Shown here piece after piece: positions 1 to 10,020 of a DNA stretch of 64,000 nt (positions are counted from its first letter, which is position 1; every line of letters begins with the position of its first letter). Below the pieces are notes generated by a model. It searched no databases. It had not been told where the DNA came from and saw only the letters and a program-made list of their open reading frames with translations. The position numbers and the translations under genes were made by a program. This DNA comes from an uncultured delta proteobacterium. GTDB lineage: Bacteria; Desulfobacterota; BSN033; UBA1163. The stretch spans positions 256,001 to 320,000 of the forward strand of contig CAVPSJ010000014.1 of assembly GCA_963708295.1 (NCBI GenBank), given 5' to 3'.

Positions 1-42
1 GCGGCTGGCCTCAAATACCTCTCCGGAAAGAATAAGTCTTGA
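1..42 (+). CDS. Possible 3' end of a gene entering from the left edge (AAGLKYLSGKNKS*)
   Basis: Open frame from base 1 to TGA at 40-42, converging on gntK; too short to assign. Confidence 0.3.
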   Translation, partial: AAGLKYLSGKNKS

Positions 43-72
43 GAGGCCATCCGGCTCCTTCATCGATACCCC

Positions 73-564
73 TTACGGAGTCAGGTTAAGGCGATCCATG
101 ATGACACGGACGATGATTTTGGGAGTTGCGGAGATGTCCACTGTCAAACCCTCCGTTGGCTCTTCAAGAGTATCTAATTGACTTCTTAGCAAATTCTTAT
201 CCATATAAGGATGCTGGCGCTCTTCAATCCGTGCGCGCAGCAATTCATAGGAGCCTTTTAAATAGACCGTTTTCACCGTATTCTGGTTTACGCCGAGGAG
301 TTCCCGGTAGGCCTGCTTCAGAGCCGAACAAGCCAGGACCGAATTTTTTTTATCTTTCAGCCAGAGCTGTATGTTCGAATGCAATCTTTCCAGCCAGGCC
401 TTGCGATCCTCATCGGTTAAAGCAATCCCGGCCCGCATCTTTTCAACATTTTTTTGAGGGTGAAAATCATCCCCATCGTAAAAAGACCAGTCGAGCTTCT
501 CGGCCAGCATTTTCCCGATGGTTGTCTTGCCACACCCCATCGGCCCCATCAGGATGAGTACCAT
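73..564 (-). CDS. gntK: Gluconokinase (GntK/IdnK type)
   Basis: P-loop GPMGCGKTT, DGDDFHP, LTDEDR, ACSALK, SQLDTLEEP motifs. Confidence 0.92.
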   Translation of the reverse strand: MVLILMGPMGCGKTTIGKMLAEKLDWSFYDGDDFHPQKNVEKMRAGIALTDEDRKAWLERLHSNIQLWLKDKKNSVLACSALKQAYRELLGVNQNTVKTVYLKGSYELLRARIEERQHPYMDKNLLRSQLDTLEEPTEGLTVDISATPKIIVRVIMDRLNLTP

Positions 565-685
565 GTCGTCTTCCTCTACACGATACGGATATGGGTGAAT
601 CCCAAATCAATCGCCATCCGGAGTACCGCGAAGGTGGGATTTGCCCATGTCCGTCTATGGGAACTGGAAGGTAGATCCTATCCAT

Positions 686-1915
686 TCATTCCTTATCCAG
701 TCGGTAAAGAATCTCACCGGCGTGGTCGACATAGAGGATGCCCTCATCCTCCTTTCCCATGTAATCCGCAATCCTGATCTCAGCCGGGTTCATATAGCCC
801 AAGTTGATCTGCTCGCATTTTTCTTTTGGAATCGCAGTCGCCAGTACGACTTGAATGCGGGGTTTTTCAATGCCGTTTTGGTAGATGCCGGTCCCGCACA
901 CATGGGTGGAATGGGCGAGAACGCCTCTCGGAACATCTCCGAAATTTTCCATCTGAGACAAAAAGTAGTCCCGCACGTGGTATCCTATTTTTTCAATATA
1001 ATCCCCCCAGGTACTGGAAACCCTGTCAATATGCGGCGCATAGATAATGAGTTTGCCACCGTCGGCGACCACCTGTTCGAGCTTGTACATCACTTTCCCG
1101 CCTGTCCAGATCTCATCATACATTTCGGGCGCTTTGCCCAATACCGTCCGATAGGGTCTCTGCTTGACCACGATGTGAACTTTCGAGGACACCTCCGCAG
1201 CCGCAGACCATGCCTCTTTCACATCCCCGGCAAAAAAACCGTACAGTCCGCCACCTGGCTTCACCACCATGGCCAAACAATGAATGGGCAAGTTGATCTT
1301 TTCCATCGCCTTATGGATCACCTGCCGGACCGGGGTTTCTTTCTTCCCGATGATCTCTTTGCAGGTCATCACCGCGGACAGCCAGTGGAAAAAATGTAAT
1401 AGTTCGCCGCCAGAAATGCCCGGAAACAGGTATTTTGCGCCTCCGGAGAATCCAACGACTTCATGAGGGAAAACCGGACCCAGAATGAGGATCAGGTCAT
1501 AGGCATAGATCTTTCTGTTGATTTCGATCGGAACCTTTTCTTTCAGGAGTCCGCCGGAAATTCGTTCAACCTCTTCCTCGGACAGATGTCCAATCTGGAG
1601 AAAGGTTTCCGGCAAATCCCAGCGGTGGCAAAAAAAATTGCACCGCGCAAACTTCTCCTTCCGGGATAGAGCGGTGATCCCATAAAGGCCTAGAATCTTC
1701 TCTTCGGACAACGGCGGATGGGTTCCCACGGCTACCATGAAATCCAATTCGGCAGCCCGCCCTCCGATCACCTCCCGGATAGCACGAACCATCATCGGCA
1801 GCGGGCAACTCCTGGTCGCATCCGGCGTTAATACCAGGACACGTTTGTTTTCATACAGGGTGGCGGGTGTTCCGCATTCGATCATTTCCTTGACCTTTTC
1901 TTCTGAAAAGGACAC
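686..1915 (-). CDS. LarA-superfamily (nickel-pincer nucleotide dependent) racemase/epimerase
   Basis: PDATRS, AVGTHPP, PHEVVGFSGGAKYLFPG motifs; likely GTG start at 1915 after AAGGAGGG. Confidence 0.85.
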   Translation of the reverse strand: MSFSEEKVKEMIECGTPATLYENKRVLVLTPDATRSCPLPMMVRAIREVIGGRAAELDFMVAVGTHPPLSEEKILGLYGITALSRKEKFARCNFFCHRWDLPETFLQIGHLSEEEVERISGGLLKEKVPIEINRKIYAYDLILILGPVFPHEVVGFSGGAKYLFPGISGGELLHFFHWLSAVMTCKEIIGKKETPVRQVIHKAMEKINLPIHCLAMVVKPGGGLYGFFAGDVKEAWSAAAEVSSKVHIVVKQRPYRTVLGKAPEMYDEIWTGGKVMYKLEQVVADGGKLIIYAPHIDRVSSTWGDYIEKIGYHVRDYFLSQMENFGDVPRGVLAHSTHVCGTGIYQNGIEKPRIQVVLATAIPKEKCEQINLGYMNPAEIRIADYMGKEDEGILYVDHAGEILYRLDKE

Positions 1916-1938
1916 GGCGAAGCCCTCCTTTCTCAGGG

Positions 1939-2751
1939 TCAGTCTTTCAAAGCCCCCATGGTCAGTCCTTGAACAATGGTTCTCCGCACGAAGAATGCAA
2001 ATAAGGAAACCGGCAGAACGATCAGGGTCGCCGCGGCACCGATGCCGGCCCAGTCGATCTTTCCGTAGGAGATGAAATTGTATACCGCCACCGGCACGGT
2101 TTTGGTCTTCGGGCCGGAGAGGATGAGCGAAAAGAGAAACTGGTTCCACGAAAAAATAAACGACAGTATTGCCGAAGTGGCAATGCCGTTTCGCACCAGG
2201 GGCAGCACGATGATGAGGAAACTTTGCAAGCGGGAACACCCGTCGATCATGGCCGCATCTTCTAGTTCCTCCGGCATCCCCTCAAAGAAGGAGACCATCA
2301 GCCAGATCACCATGGGCAGGGTGATGATCAGATGGGTGATGGTCAGGGCCGTGTACGTGTCGATGAGCTTCAGGTGACGGAAGATGATGTACCAGGGAAG
2401 GAGGTAGCTCACAAACGGCGTCATCCTGGCGACCAGGATGAGGATACCGATCTTTCCCTGCCGGTATTTGGCGATAGAATAGGCTGCCGGCAGCCCCAAC
2501 ACCAGTGAAACACCTGTGGCCAGACCGGCGACGATGAGACTGTTCATCAGGTATCTGAAAAAATTGTACTGTTGAAAGACCGCCCTGAAGTTTTCCAGTG
2601 TGGGCACAAAAATGAACTCCGGTGGATAGGAGATGTTTTGCACCCCGGTCTTGAGCCCGGTCAGGATCATCCAAACGAAGACGAACACGGGCGGCAAACA
2701 CAAGGCGACGGCCCCTGCATAGAAAAGAATTGATTTAAAGGTCTTCACCAT
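1939..2751 (-). CDS. Carbohydrate ABC transporter permease (MalG-like)
   Basis: EAA loop ELEDAAMIDGCS, multiple TM helices, FIFSWNQF. Confidence 0.92.
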   Translation of the reverse strand: MVKTFKSILFYAGAVALCLPPVFVFVWMILTGLKTGVQNISYPPEFIFVPTLENFRAVFQQYNFFRYLMNSLIVAGLATGVSLVLGLPAAYSIAKYRQGKIGILILVARMTPFVSYLLPWYIIFRHLKLIDTYTALTITHLIITLPMVIWLMVSFFEGMPEELEDAAMIDGCSRLQSFLIIVLPLVRNGIATSAILSFIFSWNQFLFSLILSGPKTKTVPVAVYNFISYGKIDWAGIGAAATLIVLPVSLFAFFVRRTIVQGLTMGALKD

Positions 2752-2810
2752 TTGAGTTCCAGTGACCCTCTCTCATGGATCAGCGCTTCGATTGCAGAGC
2801 CCTGCCCCGC

Positions 2811-3704
2811 TTAGACCTCCTGCGCTCTGAGACGCATCCGGTTCATGACCACGTTGAACGCGAGGACAATCAAAAAGACGACCACCATGAGGGCCGAGCC
2901 GTACCCGGCCTTGAAGAAGCTGAACCCGACATTGTAGGAATAGAGATAGAGCGTCTCTGAAGCGATGCCCGGTCCCCCTTGGGTGATGGTGTAGATCATG
3001 TCGAACTCCTTCAAGTTGTCCAAAGACCTTAGCATGAGTGCTGCAATCAGCACTGGCCAGATCAGGGGCAGGGTGATGTGCCAGAAAATCTGAAACGTGT
3101 TGGCACCGTCGATTCGCGCGGCCTCATAGGGATCATGGGGCAGGGATTTGAGCCCTGCCAGCACGATCAGGGTGATCATGGGCGTCCATTTCCACACGTC
3201 CACCATGACCAGGGCGGGAATCACGGTCGTCGGGCTGCTAACCCAAAGGCTTCCGGGGAGGCCGACGCTTCTCAGCAGGTAATTCATGACCCCGATTTCG
3301 GGGTTCAGCATGATCCGCCAGATCAATGCGACAGCCACGGGCGTGGCCGCAAACGGAAAAATATAAATTGCTTGGACGATCTCGCTGCCCTTAAATTCAC
3401 GATTGAAATAGACCGCGATAAGAAGTCCCAACACCAGCTCGAGGGAAAGGCTCAGGCCGCTGAAATAGACCATCACTTTCACGCCGTTTAAAACGCGCTC
3501 ATCGGAGAAAAGTTCGACGAAATTTCCGAGACCGATAAATCGCGGCTGCCCCAGCCCGATGGTCCATTTGGTGAAAGTAAGATAAAGGTTATACGCGATG
3601 GGAATGATGACGATGAAAAAGATCGCGATCACTGCCGGCGCCGGGTAGACAAGCGCCTGGTGCCGGTCCATGAACCGGCTGAGTGTGCTGGGGGCTGTCT
3701 TCAT
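2811..3704 (-). CDS. Carbohydrate ABC transporter permease (MalF-like)
   Basis: YEAARIDGAN EAA loop, ITQGGPG motif, TM helices. Confidence 0.92.
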   Translation of the reverse strand: MKTAPSTLSRFMDRHQALVYPAPAVIAIFFIVIIPIAYNLYLTFTKWTIGLGQPRFIGLGNFVELFSDERVLNGVKVMVYFSGLSLSLELVLGLLIAVYFNREFKGSEIVQAIYIFPFAATPVAVALIWRIMLNPEIGVMNYLLRSVGLPGSLWVSSPTTVIPALVMVDVWKWTPMITLIVLAGLKSLPHDPYEAARIDGANTFQIFWHITLPLIWPVLIAALMLRSLDNLKEFDMIYTITQGGPGIASETLYLYSYNVGFSFFKAGYGSALMVVVFLIVLAFNVVMNRMRLRAQEV

Positions 3705-3811
3705 AACCGTATTTTTTTCCCTGATCCTGGGGGGTCGGAATCCATCCGCGGAGCGAAGGCGAACATAGTCTCACCGTTTGAAAGTGTGATATCGGATACT
3801 GCCCGCGCATC

Positions 3812-3849
3812 ACCGGGCAGGGTCTCTCTCATGAGTCCCTTGCCCGGTT
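3812..3849 (-). terminator. Intergenic hairpin after the solute-binding protein gene (attenuator or mRNA stabiliser)
   Basis: ACCGGGCAGGG...CCCTTGCCCGGT inverted repeat. Confidence 0.45.
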
Positions 3850-3878
3850 TCTAGCCGATGTGATATTCTACGGGCGGA

Positions 3879-5183
3879 CTATCGCTCCATCTTCTTATCC
3901 ATTAACTCGGCCGCTTTCTTAGCCGAAGCGGCCACATCCTTGCCTTCGATGGCGTCCACGATCACCTGGCCGGTGATATCCCGGATCTCGGGGACGTTGA
4001 TCACGGGTGGATTCCACTGAGGTTGACCGATTTCGAATGACTTCATCGTGCTCGACGTCCAGTCCGGATGGTCGTCTTTGGATTTATATTCCTTGGCGCT
4101 CCATGCCGACGCCCTTCCTGCCGGCACGCCAGCCAGGAGTGCGCCCAGACAATTATTTTTGTTGGTGGCCCATTGGATGAATAGCCAGGCTGCCTTTTGC
4201 CGCTCGGGTGTGCTGGTTTTGCTGATGGAGAGACTCCAGTTGGAAACATGGGGCAGCCTGCCCGCCGGGCCGGCCGGGATAACCGCATAACCCACCTTCC
4301 CGGCAACCTTGGACTCCTTGGGGTTTTCATACAAGGCCTTAAACACGTTGGCGTCGTAAATCATGGCAGCTTTGCCTTCCATAAACATGGACGTGCTTTC
4401 GGCCCAGTGAAGCATGGCGCCGCCCTGGGGGCCATAGTTTCTCAACAGGTCCCCGTAAAACTTAAAGGCTGCGATGTCCTGGGGCGAGGCGAAGTTCGAG
4501 TTTCCCTGGGCGGTGGTCCATGAACCGCCAAAGCTGTACAGGAAGTCGACCCACTGGGACGTCGCCGCGGACCCCTTTCCTCTCAAGGTAATACCGACCA
4601 TCTTCTTGCCCTCGATCTCCTTCCCATGGAAAAACTTCGCCGTCTGCTCCAGTTCCTTCATTGTTTGAGGGACCTTTACCTTGAGCTTTGTAAACAGATC
4701 CTTGCGATAGGCCAAAAGGGACGTCTCGGCATTGATGACGATGCCGATCAGCTTGCCATCCACCGACGAGGCCTTTGCAAAGCTTGGGAAGAAGTCCTTA
4801 AAATTCCAGTCGGCCTCGGTGAGGCCGGGGTCGGCGATGTACGCATCCATGGGCTGGAGCCATCCCGCTTTCCAGTAGTGAAGATCGTCCTGGCCCGGCA
4901 TAATCATGTAGCCATCCACCTTCCCTCCGGCATTGAGTTCGATCGTCCGTTTGTTCCGGTATTGATCCTCCGGAAAAGCTTCGATCGTCACTTTGATGCC
5001 GGTCAATTTTTCGAACTCGGACACCTTGGGTTCGATAAACGTGGTAAACGGATGCTTGTTCATCAGAAAACGGATCTCGGTGCCCTGGAGCTGCTTCCAG
5101 TTGACTGCTCCGAGGGCGATTGAAGAAAATACGCCCACACAAACCAGAGCGATCAACGATAAACATACCATTCTTCTTTTCAT
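3879..5183 (-). CDS. Sugar ABC transporter substrate-binding protein
   Basis: Signal peptide, family-1 SBP features (LLAYRKDLF, PQTMKEL, SKVAGKVGYAVIPAGP). Confidence 0.9.
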   Translation of the reverse strand: MKRRMVCLSLIALVCVGVFSSIALGAVNWKQLQGTEIRFLMNKHPFTTFIEPKVSEFEKLTGIKVTIEAFPEDQYRNKRTIELNAGGKVDGYMIMPGQDDLHYWKAGWLQPMDAYIADPGLTEADWNFKDFFPSFAKASSVDGKLIGIVINAETSLLAYRKDLFTKLKVKVPQTMKELEQTAKFFHGKEIEGKKMVGITLRGKGSAATSQWVDFLYSFGGSWTTAQGNSNFASPQDIAAFKFYGDLLRNYGPQGGAMLHWAESTSMFMEGKAAMIYDANVFKALYENPKESKVAGKVGYAVIPAGPAGRLPHVSNWSLSISKTSTPERQKAAWLFIQWATNKNNCLGALLAGVPAGRASAWSAKEYKSKDDHPDWTSSTMKSFEIGQPQWNPPVINVPEIRDITGQVIVDAIEGKDVAASAKKAAELMDKKMER

Positions 5184-5255
5184 GTTCTGCCTCCTCTTTT
5201 GAAAGTTTTGGATTCCCTCGTCAGACCGATTGTCTGCCGAGATGAATCCTTCGAT

Positions 5256-6359
5256 TTACACAATGGTTTGCGTCGTCTCCTTGTCAAAGAGATGGGTTTT
5301 TGACATCTTGAGGCCTACCTCTAATGTTTGGCCCACGGTCAACGGCCGTTCCGGGGACTCCATCCGGGCCACGATGGCATGAGGTCCGCAGGTCAGATAG
5401 ACAAAAGTTTCAGACCCGAGGGGCTCCACCACATCGGCCCGTGCCTGAAGGGTGTTTTCGTGGACGCCGACGGATAGGGAGGTGCGTTCCGCCACGTCCT
5501 CGGGCCGAACGCCGAATGTAACCTGTCTGCCGACATAGGGTTTGACTTTAGGAGAAAAGGCCTCAGGCAACCTCACCTTAAAACCAGCGGCGTCTATAAA
5601 ATAGGCGGTCCCTTCCTGGATCAGTGTGGCTTCGATAAAGTTCATGGCCGGGGAACCGATGAACCCCGCGACGAACCGGTTGGCCGGCTGCCTATAGACC
5701 TCCAGGGGCGCCCCGAATTGCTGAAGCGTGCCATTGTACATGATGAAGATCCGGTCGGCCATGGTCATAGCCTCCACCTGATCGTGGGTGACATAGAGGA
5801 TGGTGGCCCCCAATCGCTGGTGTAGTTTACTGATCTCGGCCCGCATCGCGACTCGGAGTTTGGCATCGAGGTTGGAGAGCGGCTCGTCGAACAGGAAGAC
5901 CTTTGGCTTTCGCACGATCGCTCTCCCCACGGCCACTCTCTGCCGCTGTCCTCCCGAGAGCTGTTTCGGTTTTCGGTCCAGAAGGTCATGGATGCCAAGG
6001 ATGTCGGCCGCCTCCCGCACACGCTCGTCGATTTCATCCTTGGGAAACTTCCTCATTTTCAACCCGAATCCCAGATTTTCCCCGACGTTCATGTGAGGGT
6101 AGAGAGCGTAGTTCTGAAAGACCATCGCGATGTCCCGATCCTTGGGCGCGACGTCATTCACCAGGCGGTCGCCGATAAAGATCTCGCCGGTTGTCACGGG
6201 CTCGAGACCGGCGATCATCCGGAGCGCAGTGGTCTTCCCGCATCCGGAAGGCCCCACCAGCACCGCAAACTCCCGGTCCCGGACTTCAATGCTGAGGCTG
6301 TCGACCGCCGTCACCGACTTGAATCGTTTCGTCACGTTTCTCAGGGTCACACTTGCCAC
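5256..6359 (-). CDS. ABC transporter ATP-binding protein (MalK/UgpC family)
   Basis: GPSGCGKTT, VFQNYALYPHM, LSGGQRQR, DEPLSNLDAKLR, TOBE-like tail. Confidence 0.95.
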   Translation of the reverse strand: MASVTLRNVTKRFKSVTAVDSLSIEVRDREFAVLVGPSGCGKTTALRMIAGLEPVTTGEIFIGDRLVNDVAPKDRDIAMVFQNYALYPHMNVGENLGFGLKMRKFPKDEIDERVREAADILGIHDLLDRKPKQLSGGQRQRVAVGRAIVRKPKVFLFDEPLSNLDAKLRVAMRAEISKLHQRLGATILYVTHDQVEAMTMADRIFIMYNGTLQQFGAPLEVYRQPANRFVAGFIGSPAMNFIEATLIQEGTAYFIDAAGFKVRLPEAFSPKVKPYVGRQVTFGVRPEDVAERTSLSVGVHENTLQARADVVEPLGSETFVYLTCGPHAIVARMESPERPLTVGQTLEVGLKMSKTHLFDKETTQTIV

Positions 6360-6436
6360 GTCCTCTGCCTCTTTTTCCGTTTGTATGAAATCGAGAATCC
6401 GGAATTTAGCAACCCGAAGGTACAGTAATGGATTGC

Positions 6437-7291
6437 CTAAATCGAATAGGATGAATACCCTCCATCGACGGGCACAACCACGCCGGTGACGAAACTGGAA
6501 GCATCCGAGAGCAGCCAGACGAGGGTACCGATCAGATCCTCCGGCTGGCCGAACCGGCCCATGGGCGTGTGGGCAATTGCCTTTTCACCCCGCGGCAAGA
6601 GACCGCCCGTCTTCTGATTCGTCAGCAAGAATTTATTCTGTTCGGTCATAAAAAAACCCGGCGCCAGGGCGTTGACGCGAACGCCTGTGCGCGAGAGATG
6701 GACCGCCAGCCACTGTGTGAAGTTGCTCACCGCCCCCTTGGCCGCCGAATAGGCAGGCACTTTCGTGAGCGGCGTCAAGGCACTCATGGAAGAGATGTTG
6801 ACGATCGACCCTTTGACCTTCTTGACCATTCCCTGTGAAAAGGTCTGGCTCACGAGAAACGTTCCCATGAAATTAAGGTCAAACACCTGGCGGAATCCGG
6901 TGGGATCTAGATCGAAAAACGACTGGGTTGCCGGATCAGGGGATCCTGCGGGATTGTGGAATTCTTCGGAAGTGGTGGCCCGGGGAGCATTGCCGCCAGC
7001 GCCGTTGATCAAGAAATCGGGCGGGCCCCATAAACTGCAAACCTCCTCATAGCACTCCCGGACCTGCCCCCTGTCGAGCACGTCGCACCGAAGCGCCCTG
7101 GCGGTTCCTCCGGATCCGGTGACGGCGGACGACCGGGCTTCGGCCTTCTTCAGGTCGATATCCAGCACAGCCACCTTCACGCCCATCGCGCCGAGGGCTT
7201 CGGCCATGGCGCCGCACAAATCGCCGCCGCCGGCGGTGATCGCGGCAACTTTTCCGTTAAGATCAAAATGACTCAAGAAATCGTTTTTCAT
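6437..7291 (-). CDS. SDR family oxidoreductase, D-mannonate oxidoreductase (UxuB)-like
   Basis: LINGAGGN, PLTKVPAYSAAK (YxxxK), VNALAPGFF, TPMGRFG; ATG 7291 after GGAGG. Confidence 0.85.
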   Translation of the reverse strand: MKNDFLSHFDLNGKVAAITAGGGDLCGAMAEALGAMGVKVAVLDIDLKKAEARSSAVTGSGGTARALRCDVLDRGQVRECYEEVCSLWGPPDFLINGAGGNAPRATTSEEFHNPAGSPDPATQSFFDLDPTGFRQVFDLNFMGTFLVSQTFSQGMVKKVKGSIVNISSMSALTPLTKVPAYSAAKGAVSNFTQWLAVHLSRTGVRVNALAPGFFMTEQNKFLLTNQKTGGLLPRGEKAIAHTPMGRFGQPEDLIGTLVWLLSDASSFVTGVVVPVDGGYSSYSI

Positions 7292-7311
7292 GTTACCTCC
7301 ATTCCTGACAG

Positions 7312-8347
7312 TCAAAATCCGCCTTGCTCGCGCACAAAGGCCGTCACTTCTTCCAGGAAGGGCATGGAAATAGAGCAGCCGTGGCGGCTGGCTACCATTG
7401 CACCGCAGGCGTTCCCCAGACGACAGGCCTTCCGGAGGTCCCATCCTTTCACATGCCCGTAAAGGAACCCCGCACCGAACGCATCGCCGGCACCCAGGAT
7501 GTTCTGAATCGTTACCGCAAACCCCGGGACGTCCTCTGTCGCCCTATCGCGCTGATGAATCCGACAACCGTGCTTGCCGCGCTTCTCCACCACCACCCGG
7601 GGTCCCCTCTCCAAAAGGACGCGAACATGCTCAGCCGTGTTTCCGGTCACCCGGGCATCGGTCAACTGGGAATCGGTCATCCGGACAGCCTGGGGGTCGG
7701 TCAGCATGGCGGCATTGATTTCGTCCTCGGTGCCTAAGATGATATCTACGTAAGGAAGGGAGGAACGAACCGCTGCGCCGTAAGCTCGAGGGTCGTTCCA
7801 CTGGTCTGGCCGGAAGTCCAGGTCGAGGACTACCGTTGTGCCGGCCTTTTTGGCAAGCTCCGCTCCAAACAGGCTCGCGCTCCGGCTCGGGTCTTTGCTC
7901 AGATTCGTGCCGGCAAACTGAAAGATGCCGGTGTCCGTGACGGGAGCCGCCAATACATCGTCGATCTCCAGGGCGGTATCAGCGCAGTTATCTCGGTAAA
8001 AAACCAGTGGAAACTTGTCAGGGGGCTCGATGCTCAGGAGAACGAGGCTCGTGTGTCGGCCCGGTTTTCGCGGGCTGAATTGAATGTTCACCCCTTCTTT
8101 CTGCAGAAAATGGACAACGAAGTCACCGACGAGATCTTCACCGAAGGCGGTCAGTAACGCCGATTTCAGTCCCAGCCTTCGGCACCCAACGCTCATGTTG
8201 GTCGGGGATCCTCCGACATAAGCAGCAAAGCTTTTGATATTGACAAAATCGACCCCCACATCATTGCTGTAAAGATCCATGCAGGATCGACCCATATGAA
8301 ACGTGTCGAAAGTACGTTGAGCCTTGGCGGGAGTCCGGGTGTTTCAT
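7312..8347 (-). CDS. iolC: PfkB-family kinase, 5-dehydro-2-deoxygluconokinase (IolC)-like
   Basis: MGRSxxDLY, GGSPTN, PLVFYRDNCAD, DLDFRPDQW, GAGDAF; open frame from 8295, probable true ATG at 8347 is off by one base in an A-run. Confidence 0.8.
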
Positions 8348-8540
8348 TCCGTGATTTTCAGTGATTCTGGCTGGCCCTATTCTAAATACCGGATAAGAAA
8401 TCCTAGTGATAACGATGGAAATTTACTCTCAGGTGAGTTGAATATAACGAAAAATGAAGTCGTGTGTCAACCGAAAAGACCCTTCCCACCCCCAATTTTC
8501 TCTCCTATCGACAAATAGTTATCGACCAGAGGGGCGAGCT

Positions 8541-8645
8541 TTGAAGCTCGCCCCCTGGGGCGGCACTTCCCGGTAATGCACTGTCATTCGTATTGTGCCC
8601 CTTGGCTCCGCCTCTAAGGGGAAGCTTGCGGAGCACGTTCCGGCC
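8541..8645 (-). mobile_element. ~105-bp non-autonomous element with IS200/IS605-like hairpin end (family A, copy 1, degenerate)
   Basis: Aligns by eye with the reverse complement of 10131-10233 (TGAAGCTC..CTTCCCGG..GTGyCCCTTG..CCGCCT..GCTTGCGG..CACGTTCCGGC). Confidence 0.7.
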
Positions 8646-8710
8646 CGAACCTTTAGAATGCGGCCAGGATCGGATGTTACGGAGGTCCTCGTCGGTATCA
8701 AGAAACAAAA

Positions 8711-8892
8711 CCGGGTGAGGATTTGGGCGGGCCCTGAAGAGGCTTCATCGGCTCAACCGCTGCAGGGTTTGGCTGCCTGAGTTTGAAGGGGGGAGAATGG
8801 GGATCAATGTCATGAGGGCCTTGATCCGGGGTACCCTTAGCGCGAGCCTTATGAAGCCTCCGAAGGGATTTACCCGGGGGCGGGCAAGGAAA
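8711..8892. repeat. Long nested-palindrome element (family B, copy 1)
   Basis: CCGGGTGA/TTACCCGG, GAGGCTTCAT/ATGAAGCCTC, GGCTC/GAGCC, AGGGT/ACCCT, GGATCAA/TTGATCC pairings; 8768-8892 homologous to 52971-53095. Confidence 0.7.
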
Positions 8893-8992
8893 AGACCCCC
8901 TTGAAACCGTAACTCCTCCGGAGGTGTGAAAAAATTGGCTCACGTACCAAAGTCGAGAGGATGGGTGGGTTAACCATGCAATGAACGGAGGG

Positions 8993-10002
8993 TTAGCAGA
9001 TTCTCGGATATTGCCCGCCCGTCAACATGTCCAGGATCCTGTGACCGCCGATCACTGTATGGAGAATCACTCTTTTCCGATTCTCCTCTGTCACGCTTCC
9101 GATGATCGCCGCATCTCTTCCGAGGGGGTGGCTTTTCATCACTTCCAGGAGCCGTTCTGCCTCCTGGGAAGGACAGATGGCGATCAATTTTCCCTCATTG
9201 GCAAGATACAGCGGATCCAACCCCAACAGTTCGGAGATTCCCTTGACCGATTCTCGTACCGGAACTCTTTCCTCTTCGATCACCATTCCCACATTTGACG
9301 TCGAGGCAATCTCATTGAGGGTCGTGGCCAACCCGCCGCGGGTCGGATCGCGCATGCATCGGAGGGAAGGGCAGACATCCAGCATCTTTCCAGCCAGGTC
9401 GTTCAACGGGGCAAGTCACTTTCTAATTCCCCTTGAAATTTGAATCCCTCTCTCCGGGAGAGGACCGCCATCTCATGATCTCCCAGGGGGCCGTTCAAAA
9501 GAATTTTATCTCCCGGCCTGGCATTGCCCCCTGAAAGGTTGACCCCCGGCCTGATCCATCCGATTCCAGCGGTATTGATAAACAATTGATCTACGGCTCC
9601 GTGTTCCGCTACTTTGGTGTCGCCCGTGACAATCGCCACCCCTGCCTGGGCAGCCGTATCGTGAATAGAGGAGGCGATCCGTTCAAGAAGATCGATGGGG
9701 AATCCTTCTTCGATAATCAGCGAGAGACTCAAATAGGCCGGGGTAGCTCCGATCATAGACAGATCGTTCACGGTTCCGCATACGGCCAACTTTCCGATAT
9801 CGCCCCCCGGGAAAAAGATAGGGTTGACGACGTAGGAGTCCGTGGTGAAACCGATCATTCCCTGTCGATTTGTTATCTTCGCGCCGTCATCCAAAGGTTC
9901 AAGGAAAGGGTTTGAAAATTGGGGGAGAAAGATCTGCTTTATCAAGTCGTGAGAGAGTTTGCCTCCGCTCCCGTGGGCGAACAGGATCTTTTCGTCGCTC
10001 AT
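8993..10002 (-). CDS. hypE: Hydrogenase maturation protein HypE (frameshift near 9415)
   Basis: AHGSGG, FTTDSYVV, GTVNDL, GDTKV, RDPTRGG, C-terminal PRIC; two overlapping ORFs. Confidence 0.93.
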
Positions 10003-10020
10003 AGGGTATTCTCCTTAAAG

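Noticed and set aside
1916-2239. N-terminal extension of the LarA ORF to 2239
   Set aside because: Overlaps the permease gene; a GTG with a strong SD at 1915 fits better
8711-8892. 6S RNA, suggested by size and rod shape
   Set aside because: A diverged, interrupted second copy exists at ~53 kb, the usual zapA/ygfA context is absent and no clear central bubble is seen
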